Source: an uncultured delta proteobacterium
GTDB lineage: Bacteria; Myxococcota_A; Polyangia; Fen-1088
DNA: 64,000 nucleotides
Assembly (NCBI GenBank): GCA_963755125.1
Contig: CAVWIP010000016.1
Span: 128,001 to 192,000 of the forward strand
Direction of reading: 5' to 3'
Made by a program: the position numbers and the translations under genes. Of the stretch, positions 28,530-37,056 are shown in pieces. The notes under the pieces are model-generated. The model worked only from the letters and a program-made list of their open reading frames with translations, was not told the DNA's origin and did no database searches. How positions within the stretch are numbered: the stretch's first letter is position 1; each line of letters opens with the position of its first letter.

Positions 28530-29384
28530 TCAATTGCCCGCGTGCACGTGAGGCACGTACAGGTCGAGTTTGTGGACCACCGGGTGCGGGCTGCTCGGGG
28601 ATTCGGCCAGCGAGAGACACAGGCTCATGTCGTAGCTGCCGATTGTGCCTGACACCTGCAGAGTTCCGGTCAGTCCGCTGGTGTAGCTGTCCACTGGTGA
28701 GATGCAGGACGCGGGCAGGGTAGGACACCCAACCAACACCTGCACGCCCCATGTGGTGGGTAGATCGGCCAGATCGAGGGTGGCAGGGAGCGCAAAATTC
28801 GTGTTGCGCCACGTGACTGTGATCGGCCACAGGAATGTCTCGGTAATGGCCTGGAGATCGCCGCCCTCGCAGCAGTCGTATGGGATCACGGCTCCGTTGA
28901 CCGCCGGGTACGACTCGATGCCATTGACCACCATGTGATTGGTCTCTCCACTGCAGAAGGCGTTGGCCCCAGCATCTGGCGCCAGCGACTGCACTTCATT
29001 CGAGGCGTCGGGCGACGCAGAAGACACGTCACGTGAGCCATCGGGCACCGCAAAAGAGGTGTCGCGCGAGGCATCCTGCGCCGTGAGAGAAACGTCGCGC
29101 GAGGTATCCGGCGTTGCGGGCGGGAGGTCGCGCGGGACATCGGGCAATGCCGGAGCGATATCAGGCAACGCGGGCACATCGGGCGACGCCGGAGCGACGT
29201 CGGGCAACGCCGAAGTGCCGTCAGGCAACGCCGAGGACGCATCCCGCGTCCGCTCGCCGATCGCACTGTCCGCGATTGCAGGAGCCGCACCGTCGTGCCG
29301 CAGGCTGAGTCCGGATCGACTGCCACAGGCACACAACAAACAAACGGCCATCTTCCATCCACCATGAACGTTCCGCATGGACAA
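28530..29384 (-). CDS. Hypothetical lipoprotein with Pro/Asp-rich repeat linker and Cys-containing C-terminal domain
   Basis: LCAC lipobox, CGSRSGL, repeated (S/A)LPD / PDxSRDVS units. Confidence 0.7.
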   Translation of the reverse strand: MSMRNVHGGWKMAVCLLCACGSRSGLSLRHDGAAPAIADSAIGERTRDASSALPDGTSALPDVAPASPDVPALPDIAPALPDVPRDLPPATPDTSRDVSLTAQDASRDTSFAVPDGSRDVSSASPDASNEVQSLAPDAGANAFCSGETNHMVVNGIESYPAVNGAVIPYDCCEGGDLQAITETFLWPITVTWRNTNFALPATLDLADLPTTWGVQVLVGCPTLPASCISPVDSYTSGLTGTLQVSGTIGSYDMSLCLSLAESPSSPHPVVHKLDLYVPHVHAGN

Positions 29385-29501
29385 ACTCTAGACCAAAGCT
29401 CGTGCCAACGGAACCGCTGGCTGGTCGCTCCCCGCCGCACGCCTGTGCACAAAACGCGCCTCCAACTCACCCTGGGCGCACCCGGTGTACACTTCGCCCC
29501 G

Positions 29502-30932
29502 ATGCTCGATCGTTTCTTCAAGTTAGGCGAGCGGGGCACCAGCCTGCGCACCGAAGTGCTGGCCGGTGCGACCACGTTTTTGACCATGGCGTACATCGTG
29601 TTCGTGAACCCGGGTATCCTGGCCGCCGCCGGCGTGCCTTTTGCCGGCGCCGCCACCGCCACCGCCCTGGGCGCCGCCGTCATGTGCATCAGCATGGGCC
29701 TGGTCGCCAACCGGCCGCTGGGCTTGGCCTCCGGCATGGGGCTCAACGCCGTGGTGTCGTTCTCCATCATCGGCGCGCAGCAGGCGCACGTGCCCTGGCA
29801 GGTGGGCATGGCTGCCGTGCTACTGGAAGGTGTGGCGTTCGTCGTGCTCGTGATCACCGGGCTGCGCGAGTCGGTGATGAACGCCATCCCCATGAGCCTC
29901 AAGCGCGCCATCGGCGGAGGCATCGGCCTGTTCATCACCTTCATCGGCCTGAACCAGGGCGGCGTGATCCGACCCGCGCCCGTGACCCTGGTGGCTCTCG
30001 GCGATCTCTCGCAGCGCACCGTGTGGGTCACGTTCACCGGACTGGGTGCCATCCTGGCCTTCCGCTGCCTGCGCGTGAAGGGCGAGATCTTGTGGGGCCT
30101 GCTGGCGGCCACGCTGGCGGCGCTGCTCCTAGGCGTCGCGCGCTGGCCCACGGCCGTCCTGGCGCCCATGGACTTTTCCACCTTCTGGGCGCCTTTCGCC
30201 ACGGTGAAGGGCGCGCCGGCCATCGCCCACATGCTTTCGCCCGCGCTGCTCACTGCGGTCTTCGCCCTGCTGCTGTCCGATTTCTTCGACGCCATGGGCA
30301 CGGTGGTGGCGGTGGGCGAGCAAGCCGGATTCGTCGACGGACAGGGCCGCGTGCCGGGGTTGCGGCGCATCCTGCTGGTGGACGCCAGCGCGGCCGCAGT
30401 GGGCGGCCTATTCGGCGCCAGTTCCATCACCACCTACGTGGAATCAGCGGCGGGCGTGGCCGAGGGTGGTCGCACCGGCCTGACCGTAGTCGTGACCGGG
30501 CTGCTGTTCGCCGTGGCCGCGCTCTTCTCGCCCATCATCGCCACGGTGGGCGGCGGCTATCGCGTGCCCAACGCCGCCCATTACTCGCAGTTGGTGACCG
30601 CCGGCTTTCGCACGCCGCCCGACCTGCTGCCGCCGGTGGGAATGGGCGACGCCTTCGTCTATCCCATCACCGCGGGCGCGCTCATCTTCGTCGGATTCCT
30701 GATGATGAACGCCATCCGCAACATCGAATGGGACGACTGGGAAGAATCCTTCCCCGCCTTTCTCACCATCGTGTGCATCCCTCTCAGCTACAGCATCAGC
30801 AATGGAATCGGGCTGGGCTTCATCAGTTACACGCTCATCAAGCTCCTGCGCGGCAAGGCCCGCCAGGTTCACGGCCTGATGGTCGCCGTCAGCCTGGCCT
30901 TTCTCGTCGGGTTCGTGCTGCAGTCGAGGTGA
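29502..30932 (+). CDS. NCS2/AzgA-family purine (guanine/hypoxanthine/adenine) permease
   Basis: RTEVLAGATTFLTMAYIVFVNP, ASGMGLNA, DFFDAMGT, TTYVESAAGVAEGGRTG, YSISNGI. Confidence 0.93.
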   Translation: MLDRFFKLGERGTSLRTEVLAGATTFLTMAYIVFVNPGILAAAGVPFAGAATATALGAAVMCISMGLVANRPLGLASGMGLNAVVSFSIIGAQQAHVPWQVGMAAVLLEGVAFVVLVITGLRESVMNAIPMSLKRAIGGGIGLFITFIGLNQGGVIRPAPVTLVALGDLSQRTVWVTFTGLGAILAFRCLRVKGEILWGLLAATLAALLLGVARWPTAVLAPMDFSTFWAPFATVKGAPAIAHMLSPALLTAVFALLLSDFFDAMGTVVAVGEQAGFVDGQGRVPGLRRILLVDASAAAVGGLFGASSITTYVESAAGVAEGGRTGLTVVVTGLLFAVAALFSPIIATVGGGYRVPNAAHYSQLVTAGFRTPPDLLPPVGMGDAFVYPITAGALIFVGFLMMNAIRNIEWDDWEESFPAFLTIVCIPLSYSISNGIGLGFISYTLIKLLRGKARQVHGLMVAVSLAFLVGFVLQSR

Positions 30933-30990
30933 TCGACTCGGGGTCGCGCTTCCTGTCGTACAGCCGACAAGACAGGGATCGCCTCATGAC

Positions 30991-31200
30991 TTACTTGCCG
31001 GCCTTTTCCCTCCGCACGCCCTGGCGCTCAATGCGCTCGCCCCGGTGCTCCTTGGCCTCACCACGACGCTCGTTGCGCGCACCACGCCGCTCCTTGGCTT
31101 CCCCCTGGCGCTCGTTGCGCGCACCACGGCCCTCTTCCCTGGCACCCTGGCGCTCAAGGGCGACACCGCGTAGATCTCCAACCAGCGTCGCGCCCCTGTG
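30991..31200 (-). other. Unannotated open frame / gene remnant with 7-aa ER(R/Q)G repeats
   Basis: Reads ...ERQGAREEGRGARNERQGEAKERRGARNERRGEAKEHRGERIERQGVRREKAGK*; 21-bp periodicity; only a CTG start candidate at 31185. Confidence 0.45.
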
Positions 31201-31220
31201 CTAGGCATTTCATAGTGGCT

Positions 31221-32453
31221 ATGTCGAACCCCGCCCGGCTGATCAGCGCGCCCTGGGTCTTGCCCATGGCAAGCCCTGCGTTGGCCGAGGCAGCGGTGGT
31301 CATCAACCACGAGAACACCATTGTCGCCGTCGGGCCACGCGCCGAGATCAAGCCGGAGTTTGCCTCGCTGCCCGAGGAGCGCGCGCAGGGTGCGCTGTTG
31401 CCCGGACTGGTGAACGCCCATACACACCTTGAATTGTCGGTCCTCTCCGGGCACGTGCGGGGCGGAGAAGGGCTTCCGTCGTGGGCCGTGCAACTGGGGC
31501 GCGAGACGGCCGTTTTTTCGACGGAGCAACACTGCGAAGCTGCCCGGCGCGCGGCCCTGGCTGCAGTGGCCGCCGGAACCGCGGCCGTGGGCGACGTGGG
31601 AAATACCTTGCTCGCCGTGCCCGCGCTGGCCGGCGCGGGTCTGGGCGGGGTCTTCTTCCACGAGCTGCTCGGCTCGCGCGAGGTCGCCACCGGCGACGCC
31701 CTGGCTGATGCCGAGCGAGAGCACCGGGAATTCGTCCGGGGCACCGACTGGCCCGCGAATCTCGCCCGCGTTCCGGCACCGCACGCGCCCTACTCGGCCG
31801 GACCCGATCTCTTGCGTCGGATCTTTGCGGCCGCGGCCGGTACCGGCCATCCCACCTCGATCCACGTCGCCGAAGGCGAGGACGAGATCCAGCTTCTGCG
31901 CGACGGCACCGGGCGCTGGGCCGAGATCCTGGCCTCGCTGCAAGTCCCGCTGGGCTCGCGCACGCCAGGTCTGGGTCCGCTCGCCTATCTCGAATCACTC
32001 GGCGCCTTTGCTGGCGATCGGCCACCGCTTCTCGTCCACATGGTTTGTGCCAGCGTAGAAGATATCGCGCTCGCGCAAAGGCACCGAGCCCCGGTCGTGC
32101 TCTGCCCGCGCTCGAACCTGCACATCGGCGGCCGCCTGCCGGACGTGCGCGCCTTCTTGGCCGCGGGCCTGAATCTCGCCCTGGGCACCGACAGCCTGGG
32201 CTCGTCACCCGATCTCTCGCTGTGGGGCGAGATGGCGGCGCTTGCCTTGCACTTCTCTGACACTGCGCCTGAGATCTGGCTTCGCGCGACCACTACGGGC
32301 GGCGCAGCGACGCTGGGCCTTGCGGCCCTCGGGGCGCTTGCGCCTGGCAAGCGGCCCGGCATCATCGACGTCACGCCAGTCGACACACGCGCTCCCTGCG
32401 CTTCTTTGGTCGCGAACGCATTTCCCTCGATCCGCTGGGTGGCCCGACCATGA
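31221..32453 (+). CDS. Amidohydrolase, probable aminodeoxyfutalosine deaminase
   Basis: PGLVNAHTHLELS, PHAPYS, IHVAE, VH, CPRSN, LGTDSL.S; mqn context and overlap with the prenyltransferase gene. Confidence 0.8.
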   Translation: MSNPARLISAPWVLPMASPALAEAAVVINHENTIVAVGPRAEIKPEFASLPEERAQGALLPGLVNAHTHLELSVLSGHVRGGEGLPSWAVQLGRETAVFSTEQHCEAARRAALAAVAAGTAAVGDVGNTLLAVPALAGAGLGGVFFHELLGSREVATGDALADAEREHREFVRGTDWPANLARVPAPHAPYSAGPDLLRRIFAAAAGTGHPTSIHVAEGEDEIQLLRDGTGRWAEILASLQVPLGSRTPGLGPLAYLESLGAFAGDRPPLLVHMVCASVEDIALAQRHRAPVVLCPRSNLHIGGRLPDVRAFLAAGLNLALGTDSLGSSPDLSLWGEMAALALHFSDTAPEIWLRATTTGGAATLGLAALGALAPGKRPGIIDVTPVDTRAPCASLVANAFPSIRWVARP

Positions 32454-33337
32454 CACCGTCTCGCCGCCCCTGGATCGCTGTCATCACCTTTGGGCGCATG
32501 GTGAAGTTCAGCCACACGGTTTTTGCCCTGCCCTTTGCCCTGGCGGCTGTCACTCTGGCGTCGCGCGGCCACGGAGTCACCGTGGCGCAGATCGCAGCCA
32601 TCGTCCTGGCCATGGTCGGCGCGCGCACTGCAGCCATGGGCTTCAACCGCATCGTCGACCGCCGCATCGATGCTGCCAACCCGCGCACCGCTGGACGCGA
32701 GTTGCCCACTGGCAAGGTTTCGCTGCCTGCTGCCGCAGGCTTGACCGCGGCCAGCGCCGCGCTTTTCCTGGCGGCGGCCGACTGGCTGGGTTCCTTGTGC
32801 TTGCAACTCGCACCCATCGTGCTGGTGCTGGTGTTCGGCTATTCGTTCACCAAGCGCCTCACCTGGCTGTGCCACCTGTTTCTCGGGCTGGCCATCGGCT
32901 GCGCGCCCGCGGCGGCCTGGATTGCCGTGCGCGGACAGTTGGACGCACCGGCGCTGTGGCTCAGCCTGGCAGTGGCCACATGGATCGCTGGCTTTGACGT
33001 CCTGTATGCGCTCGACGACCGTGACTTCGACCGGAAGGCCGGGATCCATTCCATTCCCGCTCGCTTTGGCGTGCTCGCGGCCTTGGTGACTTCCGCTGTC
33101 CTTCACACGGCCAGCGTCGCCGCCTTGCTGGCCGTGGGACAGACAGCGGGGCTCGGCTGGATCTACCTTGCAGGCATGGCCGTGGTCGTCGCGATGCTGA
33201 TCTGGGAGCACGCCATCCTGCGGCCGTCGGACCTGTCGCGGCTGGACGTGGCGTTCTTCAACCTCAACGGCTACGTCTCGGTCATCTACTTCGCGGCCAC
33301 GCTGGCGGATGTCATTGTGACGCAGTGGGCACAGTAG
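32450..33337 (+). CDS. mqnP: UbiA-family polyprenyltransferase of the futalosine pathway
   Basis: KFSHTVFALPF, ARTAAMGFNRIVDRRIDAANPRT, YSFTKR, GFDVLYAL.D, AFFNLNG. Confidence 0.88.
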   Translation: MTPSRRPWIAVITFGRMVKFSHTVFALPFALAAVTLASRGHGVTVAQIAAIVLAMVGARTAAMGFNRIVDRRIDAANPRTAGRELPTGKVSLPAAAGLTAASAALFLAAADWLGSLCLQLAPIVLVLVFGYSFTKRLTWLCHLFLGLAIGCAPAAAWIAVRGQLDAPALWLSLAVATWIAGFDVLYALDDRDFDRKAGIHSIPARFGVLAALVTSAVLHTASVAALLAVGQTAGLGWIYLAGMAVVVAMLIWEHAILRPSDLSRLDVAFFNLNGYVSVIYFAATLADVIVTQWAQ

Positions 33338-33398
33338 GAATCGAACCTACAACAAACGGATTAAGAGTCCGCTGCTCTACCAATTGAGCTATGCGCCC
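33326..33398 (-). tRNA. tRNA-Lys (anticodon CTT)
   Basis: GGGCGCA acceptor, TAGCTCAATTGGTAGAGC, anticodon arm GCGGA-CTCTTAA-TCCGT, GGTTCGATTCC; CCA not encoded. Confidence 0.96.
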
Positions 33399-33455
33399 GC
33401 TCCGGGTCGATCGGGAAGGCAATGTATGCCTGGCGATCGCGGCCAAGTCAAGATG

Positions 33456-33529
33456 CGCGCCCGGAGGGAATCGAACCCCCAGCCCTCGGCTTCGAAGGCC
33501 GATGCTCTATCCAATTGAGCTACGGGCGC
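33456..33529 (-). tRNA. tRNA-Arg (anticodon TCG)
   Basis: GCGCCCG acceptor, TAGCTCAATTGGATAGAGC, anticodon arm TCGGC-CTTCGAA-GCCGA, GGTTCGATTCC; CCA not encoded. Confidence 0.96.
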
Positions 33530-33566
33530 AGGAAAGGCGAGATAATCCCGGCCTTCGCCGGCCCTG

Positions 33567-34157
33567 TCAAGGCTGGGTGCTGGGCGTCTTCCCCGGCTTG
33601 GGCGCGGGCACGTCCCTGGTTTCCGAGTTTCTCGCCGTCTTCTTCGGGACGAAGGTCAGGCGCAGACCCTTGATGAGCTGTTCCTTGGCGGCGTTTGGAT
33701 CCCGCCGCATGTCCATGTTCTTTATCCGCTCCAGCGTGCTCTTCAGAATATCGAGACGGCCGCGCTCAGCCTCGCCGCAGGCCGTGCTGGACCCGGACTC
33801 GCACAACGTTAGCGCCTTCTGCGCCTCCGCGTACGCGTGGGCTGGCTCGAAGTGGTCCGCCAGCGCGAGGCTGGCCAGATGATGCAGGCGATGGTCGTCC
33901 GGATGGGCATCCAGCGCGCCTGCAAGCGAGGCCAAGGCCCAGTCTGGATGACGCAGGTCCATGAAGATGTCCGCCAGATCCAGCGAGGCGGCCACGTCAC
34001 CCGGTGCAGCCAGAAGCTGGGTTTGCAATTCCGCGACCCGCTGGCGCATGACCGGATCTGGCGGCAGCGCTGGCTTGACCTTCACATCTGGCCTGGGCAT
34101 GAGAATCGCCGCCGCGAGCAGCAACAGAATCGCCAGGTCGAGAACGCGCGTGACCAC
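33567..34157 (-). CDS. Membrane-anchored TPR-like hypothetical protein
   Basis: N-terminal TM, helical repeats (AAPGDVAASLDLA, AHPDDHRLH). Confidence 0.7.
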   Translation of the reverse strand: MVTRVLDLAILLLLAAAILMPRPDVKVKPALPPDPVMRQRVAELQTQLLAAPGDVAASLDLADIFMDLRHPDWALASLAGALDAHPDDHRLHHLASLALADHFEPAHAYAEAQKALTLCESGSSTACGEAERGRLDILKSTLERIKNMDMRRDPNAAKEQLIKGLRLTFVPKKTARNSETRDVPAPKPGKTPSTQP

Positions 34158-34494
34158 GGAGTCTATTCGTACCGCAGTGCCGCGCTCCGGTCCAGCCGCC
34201 TGCCAGCCGGTGCCCCAAGATTCCCCAGACCGTGGCGGAAAGCCCCGGTCAGATCTTCACTCGGTTCTCTAGCCCACGAAATTCTTAGCTAGACAAGCCT
34301 GCCCAGTCTGTGGCATTTGAAATGCTTCTGTAGTCGCTGGGCGATTCTTGCTGGGGCGATTGGCGTCGGAGCGAGTCTGCGAACAGTAACCTACCGCTTC
34401 TTCCGCACCTCACGCTTTCTGAAATCTCTGGCCGGCTTCCCGTCCCACAGACCCAACTGTCCGGGAAATCGGCACCAAGACCAAGGAGGAACAG

Positions 34495-35136
34495 ATGACG
34501 ATTCTTAAACTTCTGGCCGATGCCTTCCACGAAGGAGGATGGGGCATGTGGCCCATCCTCACCATTCTAATGATCACCATCTCGATCGTCACTGAACGAG
34601 CCGTGGTTCTTCGCAAGGCCGTCATCGACAAGGACAAATTGCTTGCCCTGCTGCGTTCGCAGATCTCGGCGGGCAACATCCAGGGCGCGATCAAGGTCTG
34701 CACCGGCAATCCCACACCGATGACCCGCATCGTGCAGGCCGGCCTCATGCGCGCCAACCGGTCGGAGCCCGAGATTGTCGCGGCCATGGATGAAACATCT
34801 CTGCGCGAGTTGCCGCAGGTCGAGAAGCGAACCGGCTACCTGGCCATGCTGGGAAACCTTGCCACCTTGGCCGGTTTGCTCGGTACCATCACCGGCCTCA
34901 TCAAGGCGTTTGCCGGTGTGGCAGGCGTCGACCCATCGCAAAAGGCGACTCTGCTGTCCAAAGGCATCTCCGAAGCCATGAACTGCACGGCGTTCGGCCT
35001 CTCCACCGGAATCATCGGCCTCGCCGCCTTTGCCTGGCTGAACGGCAAGACGCAAGGAATCCTCGACGACGTCGGAGAAATGAAGAAGAACGTGACCAAC
35101 CTGCTGGCTAGCGCAAAGGCCGCGCTGCACGGGTAG
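34495..35136 (+). CDS. aglR: MotA/TolQ/ExbB proton channel, AglR-like (copy 1)
   Basis: SD AAGGAGG; GGWGMWPI, RTGYLAMLGN, LAGLLGTI, KATLLSKGISEAMNCTAFGL. Confidence 0.85.
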   Translation: MTILKLLADAFHEGGWGMWPILTILMITISIVTERAVVLRKAVIDKDKLLALLRSQISAGNIQGAIKVCTGNPTPMTRIVQAGLMRANRSEPEIVAAMDETSLRELPQVEKRTGYLAMLGNLATLAGLLGTITGLIKAFAGVAGVDPSQKATLLSKGISEAMNCTAFGLSTGIIGLAAFAWLNGKTQGILDDVGEMKKNVTNLLASAKAALHG

Positions 35137-35177
35137 CCCAACAAATTACGCAACGCCAAAGAAAAGGAGACTGAGCC

Positions 35178-35813
35178 ATGTTTTTGATGGAAGCGTTCAA
35201 AGAAGGTGGATGGGGCATGTACCCGATCCTTCTCATCTGTCTCATCACCATTTATCTGACCATTGATCGGGCATCGTACCTGGCAAAGTGCAAGGTCGAT
35301 GCAGACCGACTGATCTCTCTCATCAAGTCCCAGATCGTCAGCGGCAACGTCCGCGGCGCCATCACAACCTGTCAGGCCACACCGGTGCCGCTCACCAAGA
35401 TCATCGCGGCCGGTCTCGCGAAGTCGGGTGGCTCGGAGCATGACATCCAGCAGGCGATGGACGAGGAAGCCCTGCGCGAGTTGCCCAAGGTGGAGAAGCG
35501 AACTGGTTACCTGGCCATGCTGGGAAACCTGGCGACCCTGGCCGGACTGCTCGGAACCATCACCGGCCTCATCAAGTCGTTCGGCGCCGTGGCCGGCGTC
35601 GATCCCTCGATGAAGGCGACCATGCTCTCCAAGGGTATCTCCGAGGCCATGAACTGCACCGCCTTCGGGTTGGGCACCGGTATCTTCGGCCTTGCCGCGT
35701 TCGCCGTGCTCAACGGCAAAACGCAGCACATCCTCGACGGCGTCAACCAGGGCACGGTCGAGGCGCTCAATCTGGTGATCGCCGGTCGTTCAGACACCGG
35801 CGCTCAGCACTAG
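35178..35813 (+). CDS. aglR: MotA/TolQ/ExbB proton channel, AglR-like (copy 2)
   Basis: SD AAGGAG; same motifs, C-terminal half nearly identical to copy 1. Confidence 0.85.
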   Translation: MFLMEAFKEGGWGMYPILLICLITIYLTIDRASYLAKCKVDADRLISLIKSQIVSGNVRGAITTCQATPVPLTKIIAAGLAKSGGSEHDIQQAMDEEALRELPKVEKRTGYLAMLGNLATLAGLLGTITGLIKSFGAVAGVDPSMKATMLSKGISEAMNCTAFGLGTGIFGLAAFAVLNGKTQHILDGVNQGTVEALNLVIAGRSDTGAQH

Positions 35814-35828
35814 CCGATAGCGAATGGA

Positions 35829-35848
35829 GGGGGCCGAGGCCGGCCCCC
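35829..35848 (+). promoter_or_regulatory. GC-rich intercistronic hairpin
   Basis: GGGGGCCG-AGGC-CGGCCCCC perfect 8-bp stem, no U-tract. Confidence 0.55.
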
Positions 35849-35865
35849 AAGACGGGAGCTCAATC

Positions 35866-36339
35866 ATGAGTGTTTCAGTAGATACTGGCGGTAAGGGCAA
35901 TAAAAAGCAGCTTAACGCCGAACTCAATCTGGTGCCCTACATCGACCTGCTCACCTGCATGGTCGCTTTCCTTCTCATCACTGCGGTGTGGACTCAACTC
36001 GCCCGCCTGCAGGCCCAGCAGAAGGGGCAGGGGCAAGCCGGCGAGGAAACTCCGCCCGAGTTGCAGGTCAAAGTCGTGGTGATGGTAAACCAGGAAGGCT
36101 TCAACCTGGTGGTTGGTCAGGACCAGACCCCGATTCCCAAGAAGGGATTTGACTACGACTTTGAGAAGCTGTCTGCCGAGTTGAAGAAGGCCAAGGACAG
36201 TCACCCGGACAAGAACGACGCCCAGGTGGCTTCCGAGGACACCATCAAGTTCGATGTCCTGGTGCGTGCCATGGACACCGCCATCCAAGCGAGATTCCCG
36301 GACATCTCGCTCATCGACTCGGGCGCAGCCGGGATTTAG
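35866..36339 (+). CDS. aglQ: ExbD/TolR family protein, AglQ-like
   Basis: GGKGNKK, LNLVPYIDL with conserved Asp, FLLITAVWTQLARL. Confidence 0.82.
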   Translation: MSVSVDTGGKGNKKQLNAELNLVPYIDLLTCMVAFLLITAVWTQLARLQAQQKGQGQAGEETPPELQVKVVVMVNQEGFNLVVGQDQTPIPKKGFDYDFEKLSAELKKAKDSHPDKNDAQVASEDTIKFDVLVRAMDTAIQARFPDISLIDSGAAGI

Positions 36340-36357
36340 GGTCCCAGGAGAACCATC

Positions 36358-36930
36358 ATGGCAATCAAGGCGCCGCACTCGCACCTTTACCACTCGATCA
36401 GCCTCGAGGTAACCAACTCGAAGCTGGGGGGTGCAGGCCGCAAGAGCCTGTACCAGGGCCTCAACCTCGTGGCCTATATCGACATGATGACGATCCTTGT
36501 CATCTTCCTGCTGATGACCTTCTCGGCCAGCGGCGAGATACTCTTCGTGCAGAAGAACATCACCCTGCCCGATGCGCAGAGTTGGACCGACCTCGAGCGC
36601 GCACCGGTCATCGGTGTGACCAAGGACGTCGTCACCCTCGACGGCGCGCAGGTAGCCACTGGCGAAGAACTGATGAAGGACTCGGCCACCGGCGATGCCA
36701 AGATCCCCGAGCTGGCCGATCGGCTGGTGACCGCAAAGAACAACTACAAGCTACTGCACCCCACAGAGGACTTCAAAGGGGTGTGCATTATCCAATCGGA
36801 CAAGAGCGTCGAGTTCAAGATGCTTCGCAAAGTCATGTTCTCGGCAGCCACGGCAGGCTACCAGAACGTGAACTTTGCCGTGCGGCCCAAGGCCAGGGGC
36901 GGAGCCGCCGCACCGGCCGCAGCCGAGTGA
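36358..36930 (+). CDS. aglS: ExbD/TolR family protein, AglS-like
   Basis: MAIKAP start, LNLVAYIDM, FLLMTFSASGE, ITLPDA. Confidence 0.82.
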   Translation: MAIKAPHSHLYHSISLEVTNSKLGGAGRKSLYQGLNLVAYIDMMTILVIFLLMTFSASGEILFVQKNITLPDAQSWTDLERAPVIGVTKDVVTLDGAQVATGEELMKDSATGDAKIPELADRLVTAKNNYKLLHPTEDFKGVCIIQSDKSVEFKMLRKVMFSAATAGYQNVNFAVRPKARGGAAAPAAAE

Positions 36931-37056
36931 CCGTGGTTTTTCAGCGGGTCGATCGCGGTTGTCGACCCGCTATCGCTGTGTCATTGGCGGCCGGTTTCCA
37001 TCAGGGCCGGTCGCAGGGATTCGTCACGGGAGAATCGTTTCCAGGGAGGTGCTGAG

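Noticed and set aside
33326..33529. Genomic island integrated at the tRNAs
   Set aside because: No integrase, no duplicated tRNA 3' end seen, and flanking genes are housekeeping
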